Source of the DNA: Rhizodiscina lignyota
Taxonomy: Eukaryota
Assembly (NCBI GenBank): GCA_010015805.1
Contig: ML978136.1
Span: 248,001 to 312,000 of the forward strand
Direction: 5' to 3'
DNA length: 64,000 nucleotides
Numbering within the stretch: the stretch's first letter is position 1; every line of letters begins with the position of its first letter. A program made the translations under genes and the position numbers. The notes below the pieces were generated by a model. The model saw nothing but the letters and a program-made list of their open reading frames with translations. It was not told the DNA's origin and did no database searches. Shown piece after piece: positions 1 to 11,290 of the stretch.

Positions 1-2479
1 ATTGCAACTCCTCCGTCGACTCGAAGAACGCTGAGGCACGTGAACAAATACACAGGGTTGCGCAGCTTCTCCGGAAGCTCTATTGACATGACTTCCGTAT
101 CTCCAACGAGTCAATCACACAGGAGCTCGCTGAATTCGGACGATGCAGCAGCAAGAAAACTCAACCACAAGAGAGCCAGTATCGGAGAAAAGCGAAACCT
201 AGATAGTATTGGATCCGAGTCAGATAATACACTGCCCCCGCCGGAGTTGCGTCGTCCGTTGAAGCATCATCGGGACTACAGTCACGTAAGTCAAGCACAA
301 CTCGAATTATCGTGGTGCGCTTCAGAAGCTAATTTCATGTCTTTAGTTGCGACCAAATACGGCTTCATCGTCTTCCACAGCGCCCCAAATAGACTCGTCA
401 CCGCAAAAGCTGCGCAAAGTTGGTGAATTCGAAAGTTCCCCAAGGACCTCTCAATTGACGGGCTCGACAACTCTAGACCAAAACGGTATGGCGCTGATCC
501 AGGACTCCAACTCGCAACCCTCGTCTCCAAGAACAGCGCGGAGAATACTGGAAGGCGGGCCTAGAACATCGCCGAAGGTGCTTCAGACAGAGAAGCCAGT
601 AGTCATTCGGAAACCAGTCAGGACTGAAGTGAAAGCCCATGGGCCAAAGCCAGAGAAGCTCAATCTCGGCCCTTTTCCGATCACTCCAGACCCACCATCT
701 CCTGTTCGTGGCCGTACGACGTCTCAGTCTTCAATCGAACCACGGACGCATCTGCAGCCGCTCTTACCACCTCATTCACGTTCGCGGACCCGCAGCGTTC
801 GTCCCCGTGAAACATCGGACACGTCGAATGCTTCTGAGGAAAGTCGACGCGTGAGCTTCGATAATACATCGATTCCGAACGAGCATTTTGAGTATATCAC
901 GAGAAAGAGTGGGGATAGTCGACGCTCCACCATTCATACTCTTGATGAAGGTAGTCACAATGGGCCGCAGACGCCTCACTTGTATCCCCCCGTTACTCCA
1001 TTGAGTATGAGTAGCATGCGCTCTGAAGTACCTGAAGTCAGCGAAGCCAAAACGATAAACATATATCCACACAATAATCACAGCTTGCTGGTCATTCAAC
1101 ACGGGGGATCTCCAACCGAAGCAGCGCAAAAGGAGACTGTTCAGGCGCCTGTCGAGCCAATATCTGCTCAGAACAATACGGAAGCAGTGCATGTTCAGGA
1201 GAACGGAACACCGCCAATGCCGTCCGATCTCCACCGTGCAATTGACGCAATTGAAGGCTCAGCAACCCCTACTCCTCCATTAGTACCAGTGGCGACGTCG
1301 TCACGAACAGAAGAGATATTGCACCTCACGCCTCCCCTCTCGGCGCACGAACAGCATCCGCCACAGGCACCTCAATTACTCGTTCAACCGTCTACACCGC
1401 CAGCTAACGCGCAGTCCTTTGCGGAAGTAGACTCACCGCTTCGAAATCCGCGGAAGCCGCCTCAGCCACCAGCCGTCAAATTGATCCCTCCGACGCCATT
1501 CTCGGAGCTGGACAATCCACTTGATTCTGCTGGCTCTCATGTTGCTCCTCAAGCGCCTGTTCGCCGGTTAAGTCTAAAGCAACGCGCTCGGCGGTACAGC
1601 GACTCGTTCATCCAGCCTATTCTCAGCCGGAGCGGTTCACTGAAACGGAATCTCAGCATCAAGCAGAGCAAGAGGCCGATCACTGCTGACGAGCAGGAGC
1701 GGGTGAGAGATACCCGTCTGCATCCGCTGTGGCGCCCAAGAGGATTCTGGGACGACTTTTCAGACAGCGACTCAGATGATGGTTTCTGGGGCGACGGCGA
1801 GATAGCGTACGCCGACGACGGCGTCGAGCATCGACTTCCTCAAGGAGGAGATACGAGCGATGTCAGAAGCCTCGAGCACGATCGAGGCAGAGGCGTGATA
1901 GGGAGATTTGGTTCAGTGCGGAAGGTCGTGATGGATGGGTTCCGTGGCAGTGGCGGCTTCCTTATCGGCAATTCTCTCGGCATGGAGAGAGCGGGCACCA
2001 ACAGGCGAAGACATCATGTCTCTCTTCCTGTGCGAATCCAGGGCCGTGTAGGCAATGGCGCTGTGGCGCCTGTGGGGATTGCGCGAATCGCGAGGGTCAA
2101 CCCGCCTAGCCATATCAACGACTACGGCGGCGCTGCTGCGGCACATCATAGTGCGGCGCCACGTCCGAACGGTGATGCAGCGGTTGGACCAGTTTCGCAC
2201 AACACGACCCAGCCGCTCTCAGTCCGCTCGCGTTCCGGATCGCGATCTAGGTCGGGATCGACATCTCTGTCGAGTTTCCCTTCGAGCTACTCGTCCACCG
2301 GGAATTCGGCACGACGGAGCAAGAGCTGGAGAAGAAGTGTCAAGTTCCCCTTCCGCATTGAATACGTGGGATTCAGCGGGTTGGCGGAGCGGATGAGAGA
2401 GAAGAAGGCAGAGAAGAGGAGGGAGGAGATCAGGAAGAGCATTGGACGAGGGGTTCTGGTGCAAAATAGAGTGGCGTGA
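1..2479 (+). CDS. Ser/Pro-rich hypothetical fungal protein, 5' end outside the window
   Basis: The frame of ORF 40..426 joins ORF 347..2479 through a phase-0 GTAAGT...CTAAT...TAG intron at 286-346. The protein is low-complexity with conserved-looking blocks (IYPHNNHSLLVIQ, LHPLWRPRGFWDDFSDSD). No domain recognised. Confidence 0.65.
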
Positions 2480-3217
2480 GGGGAAGGAATGATTATCTGT
2501 TTTTTAATTAGCTGCGCCTTGGTTCAGCTTCTCGCTTGATTTGGGAAAATAGGGATAAACACGATGGGTAGGGATTCGCTAACGAATTGACGAGGTCATG
2601 AACACATATCGTGAGCGATGGGATCTTTGGTAACGGCAGACTTGCTTTGGGCCTTTTCTGGACATGGATTTTGCATGAGCGATTGTATAATATTGAATGA
2701 TATAATCCTTTGCCATACGCCTTTCACCCGCGACGATTGAATTTGTCGGCAATGTATCTCTTGTACTTGGGATAGTCACAGAGGGCAAAAGGAAATAAGA
2801 GCTCATCAGCTTACATTCCTTATATCATTCTTCGATTGTGTGTATATCATGGTTTTCGGTTTAATTCGTACATGAGAGTTTCACTTCTTCGGCACGATGG
2901 TAGAGTCGCTTGTCAAGTTGCAGCGCGCCTTTCGGCGGACTGCATCGAAGATTTATCAAAATCTAAGAAATATCTCCATAAAGGCACGAGCTAAGTCAAA
3001 CAACATCCAACGGTCTAAATCTATTAATACGCTCGATTCCGGATTGTGGTCGATCACCACGTATACTTTAGAGCCTCCATTTCTTCTCTTCAAGGGGTGC
3101 CAAGTGACCGAGGGACGTCCTAAGCAGGCAGCGTGCATACAGATCAAATCCTCTGAGAGCATCTGTCCCAAACCGCCTTCCCTCATAACGCTGCTGAATT
3201 CGACTATCTACCTAGAG

Positions 3218-4179
3218 ATGGAAGGTGCTTCAGACCGACAAGACACGTCAGTGTATGCCGACATAGAAACTATTCGACTCCCGTTTCTCGACGATTATCC
3301 ACTGTATATCGGACTCTTCAGCCATCTCAAAAACGCAACATTTCTACGGAAACAGCTCCTGGAAGGCAATCAAGACTTTGAATATGCGTTAATAGATGCG
3401 ACTTCGGTATATTCCAATATCACTCATTCATCTGTTTAATCTGAATCATTTTACGTATGTAATATGTCTAGTCTGCTGATATACAAATTTCAATTTCAGA
3501 TACTCTCGGTCAAACATGTGCTGGCAGCAGCATTTCGAGCCATCAATGATATGCTCCACGGACGATTGAGGAGTAGGAATGTGCACTCCGAGATAGTGTA
3601 CTCATTAGGTGCAAACAACAATGTGAGCAATTGTCTCCTCTGTTTCGTGTGACATGCAATTTTTGCCTGCGGCATTGAAGCCCTTAGTCAGGGGATTTTT
3701 TGTGCTGGCTTCTACGGATCCTTCGCGGGGATTTACTTAATATGGTTATAGACGTTGTGTCAAACATTAACTTGGGCGGCCGCCAGATCACAGACGCATT
3801 CCGCCATTTTGGGATTCTGGACAGCACAACAGCGCTTCTGGTAATCAAAGTTGGGCGAGCATCTAGTGATGCTGCCGTAACGCATGACTCTGTGTCTGCC
3901 CATCTCAGAGCAAACGTGGAAGGTCAGCTACTACCATTCAACGATGAGAATATCGTTGGGCTTTCCGACATGGCGAAGATACGGAAGCTTTACAAGATCA
4001 CCTCAGCGGATGCAGCCGGCAAAGGCGGAAAGAAGAAGGGCGCGAGGGCCGATGGGGCGACGAATGGAGTAAAGGCTGCGCTGGATGGTGGTGGAAAAGG
4101 AGGTCCGTTGACAGCGCAGGAGGAGAGGGTAGAGATGGAGGCCGTGATATTGGGGACGATGGCGATGAAAGGTTCGTGA
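3218..4179 (+). CDS. CGI121: KEOPS/EKC complex subunit Cgi121 (TPRKB)
   Basis: Three exons (3218-3406, 3500-3622, 3787-4179) with GT-AG introns. Motifs [38 protein letters not shown] and [10 protein letters not shown] are typical of fungal Cgi121. Confidence 0.88.
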
Positions 4180-4909
4180 CGGGCTCCAGCTTGTACTGCA
4201 AGCGCCCGGCTTGATGTCGAAATAAACGACGTCTGAGATGAGTCGCCCGAAGGAGTTTCAGCCCCACAGCATGGATAGGGCGCTGCTTGAATTGGAACGC
4301 AGCACTAGATACACGTGCTCGCTGGGCCGCGTGCGGAGGGGGGCCTGGCGAAGCCGAAGAGCCAGATATGTGCTGGCTCGCGAGCTGCAAATGAGATCAA
4401 AAGACGGGGCTCGTCCTCCCTCAGTAACGTGTCATGCGCTCAATTGCTTCTCTCTCGCGACGCAACGACGAGTCTCGTGAACAAGTGCGATATTGCACGG
4501 CGCGCCGCTCACAAAGCATCGCCCTTTTGCATTCTTGGTCGGCCGAGTGGCACAAAGCAAGCAGGCAGGCAGGCAAGCCATTGACGAGAACACTCAGGTG
4601 GGGCTCCCTTAGCTGACGGCCGGGGGGAGAAATACTTAGACGCGCGCACATCATCGTCATCGCTTGAAACAACCTCCCCACGCCCACAACACTACCCACT
4701 CCCAAGGCCACAGCAGTGCCATCGTTGCCTGTGTCGAGCAGCACACACTAGCAGCGAGCCCAACCTCATGCTCCGAACATAGCATTCTCTCCCTTCCGAA
4801 TTGCAACGCCCTCCGCATCCGACGCACCCTTCCGCCGGCCGACTTCGCTGCCTCTCACGGCCGCCCCTATACCCACAGACTCAGTCGGCCTTAGGCTAAG
4901 CAGTCGAAA

Positions 4910-7112
4910 ATGTCGTTAAAGGAAAAGATGATGTCGTCACATAGGCGGCACTCGACTGCCAGTAAGACCACCTACACAGAGAGACGGGAGAGTCGTGCTT
5001 TGGAAGGCAGAAGCTAATGAAGCTCCTTGTAGGCTCCGCAGGCCACCGCTCATCCACGGACGAAACGAGAGATCCTGTAGCGAATGGAGAGGATGAAACT
5101 GTCGTCGACGAGCAGCAGGGCAACAGTACGCAAGACACCGGGAATTCGAATGCGCCTCCTCGCTGCAGCCTACTGACGAGGAGCCACAGTTCTAACGCAC
5201 ATTATATCGCAACTAAGACCTGGAGCGGACTTGAGTCGCGTTACGTTGCCGACATTCATCCTCGAACCGCGCTCTATGCTAGAAAGAATAACAAAGTATG
5301 GGCCACCCTTTTCGGATTGAGCTTGTTCACGCGCTATGATTCTAACAAGGTTGCAATAGCTTCATGGCCCATCCAGAAACGCTACTGCCAATGCCTACGA
5401 TAGACGATCCGATAGAACGATTTGTTTCTGTAGTCAAATTCTACCTCAGTGGTTGGCACATCCGCCCTCCGTACGTTCCCCACAAGTACCTAGCTCACGA
5501 GGCTGCATCGAAATGATTGATTGTCTCAAATGGCAAAAGTTTTACTAACATGGAGAAACAGGGGAGTTAAGAAACCACTGAATCCCATCCTTGGCGAAAC
5601 GTTCACCTGCTATTGGGAATACCCAGACAAGACCCACGGATTCTACATCTCAGAACAAACATCCCACCACCCTCCAAAGTCTAGTTATTTCTTCATGGCG
5701 CCAGAACACAACATACGGATTGACGGTACGCTGAAGCCCAGAAGTAAGTTTCTTGGCAACTCGGCGGCAAGTATGATGGAGGGTCTGGCGGTCATGCGTT
5801 TCTTGAACAGGAACGAGAGATAGTGCGTATCCCATCAACCAGGTCTGTCTAGTTCAACACGTACTGATTACTGTTGGCATCAGTTTCATTACGCAGCCAA
5901 ACATGTACGCTCGCGGCATCCTCTTTGGCAAAATGAAGTACGAACTCGGCGACCACAGCTTCGTGCGCTGTCCGGAATTAGGCTTGGAAGCAGATATCGA
6001 GTTCAAGACAAAGGGATATTTCGGCGGCACATACAATGCGATTGGCGGATTCATCAAGGACAGCAAGAGTGGGAAGCAGTTGTTCGAACTGAGCGGTCTT
6101 TGGAGTAATGAAATGTTCATCAAGGACCTTTCGGTGCGTTACTCTTCAAGGTAGCCAATGGCGCTTATAAATCCATGCTAATAAGAAAGGCAAGAAGACT
6201 GCACACAAGACCCTCTTATTCTCCGTCACAGCTCAGGCACCGACATATCCCTTCGCACGGCCCATCAACGAGCAAGAAGAGCGCGAGTCGCAGCGCCTCT
6301 GGAAGAAGGTCACAGACGCGATTAAAAAGAAAGACCAAGACACTGCGACAGACGAGAAGACTCGCATCGAAGACATGCAGCGTGAAGAAGCTGCGAGAAG
6401 AGCGGACGAGGGTGTGGATTGGCGGCCACGGCTGTTCAGAGCAGTGCAGCCGGGAAAACTCGACGGAGAGGGAGAGGAGGCGCTAGACTGGGTCATAAAT
6501 GCGAAGATGTACGACCCATTTTCTCATTTTCAGCATCTATATTTGCTCGGCAAGCACTGACAGGGACGCAGAGACGCCAAGACCCCCGAAGAGCAAACGA
6601 AGCAGATCCTCGCCATCGCCCCCATCCTCCCCGGCCAAGCTCCCGATCGGCGCTTCTCCATCCCCGAGCACAAACCCTCGAAAGCCGCGGCTCACTCGCC
6701 GGATCTTATCGACGTAGGCGACGTCCCCGTCGGCGCGGACGGCGTCAAGCAGGCCATCGGAACTGACCGCGCACCCGCAGTCGCGATCCCCAGCGAGCGA
6801 GCAGAGCAAGAGCGCACGAAGGATATTGGATCCGCGCCGCCGCAGAAACTCCAAGACGATCTGATTGATTTCGGACAGCATGATGGCCCGTCGCCTCCGC
6901 AGGGAGGGGAGGCTAGGAAGGAAGGGCACGAGCCGAACCTTGGGCAGGGCGACATGCCGAAGGAGGGCGAGCCGGGCCACTCGCTTGTTCCGGTGATCGA
7001 GAAGTTGAAAGTTGGTGGAGGGAAAGGCGATGCGCCGCAGGGCATGGGGAAGTTGAGGAGGATGGATAGTGAGACGGAGGACTTTGATGAGTTTGTAGAC
7101 GCTGAGTCCTGA
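4910..7112 (+). CDS. Oxysterol-binding protein (Osh6/Osh7-like lipid transfer protein), multi-exon
   Basis: Spliced translation gives [40 protein letters not shown], the OSBP fingerprint EQTSHHPP, and [16 protein letters not shown] core sequence. The C-terminus is ...[15 protein letters not shown]. Confidence 0.9.
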
Positions 7113-7786
7113 GTACTCCGTATGGCGAGGCCCTTCATGAGGGGTCTGGGTTGACTGGGCCGTTTTAATGGAGGGGAACGAAGGCATGACGGAATGACGA
7201 CGACCGAGGAAGGAAAGACTTGTTCCCGGCATTGAGAGATCTGTGCGATGGAAGCCTCGAAGCCGCGCCTATACAGTGGTTTCGGGACACGGGCGTTGGG
7301 AGTTGCGAGAGGGATGGGAGTCCTCTCGACACATCAGTGTGCTCATACCTTATATTACCCCCTTTTTGGCATGGAGACATGATCAGATTACCCCATCCAT
7401 GTTGATGTTGATGAAAAATAAATCATACCTTTGAACACGCGCCTCTTGCAATCATCCAGAAAGCGCGGTGAAGACCGTTCGCGGCTGTGCCAAAGCAATA
7501 TCTATTCATACAAGTACAAGTGAAGTGTCACGGAAATTATCTCGGCGCTTGGCCCCTCCCCCCAAAATGCTATCAAGACAAGATACCGCGCCGTCGGTCA
7601 TGGCGCATAGCCTTCCTCTACATCCGCGTTTGAACGCTTTTTGATTTCCAAAAGACCCCATTGACAATCTTTTTTTATGGGAGCCGCGATTCCAATCCCA
7701 TTCCCAGCGCATGCTTCATGATATCATACCAATCCATTCATCGTTACGAGAAGTGCTCGCAGTGACAACTCCGTCCTCATCTCATC

Positions 7787-9517
7787 TCACCTCCTCTTCC
7801 CACTCCCCGTGCGACTCGGCGGATCGCGACTCCGACTCCTCGCATCCCCCATCGGTAGGCTCCCTCGCCGCCCCTCCGACGCCACAGTGACAAGATCTTT
7901 CCTCGGCTCCAAATCATCCCTGCTCGTGCTGAACGTGCTGGTGATAGCAGGCTTATGTGTCTGCGTTGGCGTTCTGGCGGCCTCCTGCTCAACACGTGAC
8001 GCGCCAGACGCACTCGTCGAGGAAACGGGAGCGGGAACGTCGTCGACGCCGCTTTCCGGCGACGCGCTGGAATGCCGCGCCTCCTCCAGCACTTCGCCCG
8101 CATGCTCAGCGGTCGCAGAGCCGGGGTGCGGGTCGTCCAAGTCGGCGTCTTCACCCTCGCCGTCCCAGCCCTCCAGGTCGCGGAACAGCCGGACGTAGCT
8201 TTCGGGCACGAGGCCGCTCTCGCCCGTGCGCGGGTCCTGCGCGACGAGCCAGCCCTGCGAGAGGCGGTAGCTCACGAGGATGATCTGGCCCTCTGTGAGC
8301 GGGAGCTCGTTGTCGTTCTCGCGCTCGAAGTTGTACAGCGAGACGGCCTTGCCGTGGCACTCTTCGTCGGGGGAGGCGATGGAGAAGGTGTAGGTGAGCG
8401 AATGGCGGGATGGGTTGTCTGGGTCGTCGTCGGCGAGGTCGGAGTCGGGATGTGGGGAGTCGGTGTAGGCTTCAGGCTGGGAATGGACGTGGGAATGGAA
8501 GATGTGATGTGGAGAGTCGGCGAGGACGGGTGTGGAGTCTGAGTCGGAGGTTTCGTCTTCTGAAGACGCTTCCTCGGAGTCTGAGTATGTGGAGCTTTCG
8601 TGGAATGAGCGGCTGGGTAATGTCGTGCGAGATTCGCGCTTTTCACCACCCTCGACTTCGGTGTCTCGTTTTTTGCCTCTTTTCTTGCGCCGCTTGTTGG
8701 CTAGCGCGTCCTGCCCTTGCCCACCAGCGGCGACTTCTCTGCTCCTCGGTCTGCCTCGGCTTCGGTCGAATCCAACAATGTTGCTATGTTGCTTTCTATG
8801 GCCATGGGTGTGGGTGCTGATTACAGGGCTCTGGAGATCCTCGTCCTCGCTATATGGCGGACCGTCTCCACGCTTCCACGTCCAGCCTCCTGTCGCCGCG
8901 GAAGCTTGGTTTTCGTCTGCGAATGAGGTGTTCGGCAGCTTGAACGCACCTTCCGTTCGCGCGTAGTCATCGGCGCTGGGCCATCCCCCAGGACCGGCAG
9001 ACCAGTTCGAGCGGCCGCCGCCTTCCCATGATGGAACGGGATCTGACAATCTCCTGTTCGATTCGGACGCTGGAGTAGCGAGCTCTGAACTCTCTGGTGC
9101 CGGACCGTAGTGTAAAGGATGGAATGCTGGATATCCAAAGTCGCGTACTAGAGTGTACGGGAGAGACGAGTGGAAGAGAGGGAAAACGGTGCTGTGAGTG
9201 CGCGAACCTGATCTGAGGTTGGAGTTGGAATTTGTACGTGATGTTCTCGATGTGGTAGATAATGTGGAGAGACGGTTCGGATTATATGATTGTGACTGTC
9301 GCTTGGAGGCTGATGGCTGAGAGGCAGCAGATTGGGTAGACTGCCGCGACTTGGAGGACGATTTTGTTTGCTTGCCCGAGGGACGCCGCTGGGGTGATGA
9401 TGTGGCTAGCGGAGGTAGTTGTGAGAGCGCTGGATGCGGCCCAGGTGAGGAATGGCTCGGAAGCGCTGAAGGAGAAGGTGAGGTGTTGGTGGCTTGCGGT
9501 GAGAGTACTGCAGCCAT
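7787..9517 (-). CDS. NBP2: SH3-domain adaptor, Nbp2-like (HOG pathway Ptc1-Pbs2 adaptor)
   Basis: SH3 domain AVSLYNFERENDNELPLTEGQIILVSYRLSQGWLVAQDPRTGESGLVPESYV, plus an LVRDFGYPAFHPLHYG block typical of Nbp2 homologs. The first ATG is at 9517; the ORF track extends to a TTG at 9640. Confidence 0.75.
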   Translation of the reverse strand: MAAVLSPQATNTSPSPSALPSHSSPGPHPALSQLPPLATSSPQRRPSGKQTKSSSKSRQSTQSAASQPSASKRQSQSYNPNRLSTLSTTSRTSRTNSNSNLRSGSRTHSTVFPLFHSSLPYTLVRDFGYPAFHPLHYGPAPESSELATPASESNRRLSDPVPSWEGGGRSNWSAGPGGWPSADDYARTEGAFKLPNTSFADENQASAATGGWTWKRGDGPPYSEDEDLQSPVISTHTHGHRKQHSNIVGFDRSRGRPRSREVAAGGQGQDALANKRRKKRGKKRDTEVEGGEKRESRTTLPSRSFHESSTYSDSEEASSEDETSDSDSTPVLADSPHHIFHSHVHSQPEAYTDSPHPDSDLADDDPDNPSRHSLTYTFSIASPDEECHGKAVSLYNFERENDNELPLTEGQIILVSYRLSQGWLVAQDPRTGESGLVPESYVRLFRDLEGWDGEGEDADLDDPHPGSATAEHAGEVLEEARHSSASPESGVDDVPAPVSSTSASGASRVEQEAARTPTQTHKPAITSTFSTSRDDLEPRKDLVTVASEGRRGSLPMGDARSRSRDPPSRTGSGKRR

Positions 9518-11290
9518 GTTTTCGGTCTTGTCTCGTCTCTTCAAAGGCTCGTCCGCAGTGGTGTGAGAAGCGGAAGACGCGTCCTTGGGACGATGCGCCG
9601 TTGGACGTCGCCCGTCCGCGGGCCGGTCAGGGTCCGTCAAGGTGGACAGCGTGACAGACGGTGATGTTGGAGGTGGAGTTGGGAGAAGCAGCGACGCTTC
9701 GCCCTACAGACTGGCAGTCACGGGCAGCACTTCTTCCAGATGCTGCCCTTCAACAACGCGAGCCTGAGGGGTAGAGAAGTGGGTATAAGTGCGCCAGGCG
9801 TGACTTTAGCAGTGCACAGCGTGCAGAGTTTGCAGGCGCAAACAGAGCCTTGCCGGCGGCTGGCGACCGCGTGGTGCTGCGCGCAGGAGATGGGGAGTGT
9901 TTCGTTTTCTGCACGTCAGAGGCTCCCAATAGCGACACGCCTTCTCCTGAGCACTCCGCGATTTCCGATCAGTAAGGCTCGGGCGCGAATGCGGCTCCGG
10001 CGCAGATGCAGTTGGGGTCCTGTCTCGACTTGCGGCGGTTGTGTGGGCGCGCAGGAGAGAGGGAAGCGGATAGACGCCGGGGACGAGGGTGGAGGGCCAG
10101 CGCTTCAACCTCGGGCGCACTGCGAGAGGGCGGTGCAATGCCTGGCGGAGAGTTGTATTATAAACACAGTCGAGGGGGTCAGCGGGTGAGGAGTCGGGGG
10201 GAGTAAGAAGTGCAGGTCGCGCGCTGGTGGTTGGTCGGCAGCTCGGGCAAGGGCGCGAAGACGGGCGGCTAATCCAGGGCCACAGAGCGGACGCTTCGCG
10301 ATGCCAGCGGCGCTGCGAGGAGGCGTGCAGCAGAGCGTCGCGTCTTGTCAGGACAATGAGGGCGTTGTTCTCGTCCTCTTTGTTGCAATGTCGAGCGCCG
10401 TCTCGCCGGGCGAGGGTGCGTCTGGCGTGGAGTGGAGACTTGGGTTCCTTGGGCTGCGCTATTTTTGGAGCGTTTCAGAGTCTTGCGCCGAATTGAGGGC
10501 TGGCCGGGCTGCTGATGCCTGTCTGGGCCAAGGCGCGTGTGAGATTCGAGGTCCAGATGGTGAGATGTGAGATCTGGCCGGCGCCGGTGGCGACGTGCTC
10601 CTGTCCTGTATCAGATCTGGGCAGCAGTGGGGAGCAGCATGTATAGAAGGCGAGTACGTAGAAAGAGCAGGTGCCCCAGCCTGATCGCCTCTTTTGTTCT
10701 CGACGAGGAGGCGGTGGTTTCGTTTCACCATTGCTAGGCACATGCACCCAGCGTTACTCAACGTCCGGTCACGAGCGCTGCAATTCTCCGACCTCACTCC
10801 GTCCATATTGCTCCGAGCACCACCACCACCGAGATCCGCTTCGACAACGAGCCCAGCACTGTCAATGGAAGTCCTAGATTTCGTCAGTATTTGATCTTTC
10901 GCACATGTTCTTAATCTCTCCCTTGCGAAGTTGCAAGGGGCCTCACTCGCTCAGCCATGAGGTCAAAGCCTGTACACAGCATCAACTGGTAGGTGAGCTT
11001 GACATTGCGATACCACCATCACGCCCAACTGATGAAGATGATGAACATTATTCATTATGCAAACCTCATCGCCTCAATCTATTCGCTTCCTTGAAAGCCA
11101 CTGTCGTATTTCCTCACTCAATGATACACCACCCAGAAGTGGTGGCTGCGGCACAGCGTCCTCGAGTTTCATATGCAGGGACAGATAGTCCAAGGAGAGG
11201 CCGCCTTGTAGCCTTGAAAATCTCCATTTTAGCCTTCGTTGTGAATGAATCCGTCCGCTTGCTTCTCTCATTTTTGCCAATGTCTACCTA

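Noticed and set aside
9518..9640. N-terminal extension of NBP2 from a TTG start
   Set aside because: The ORF track uses bacterial-type starts. The first ATG at 9517 is the more parsimonious start, and I have no evidence for non-AUG initiation.
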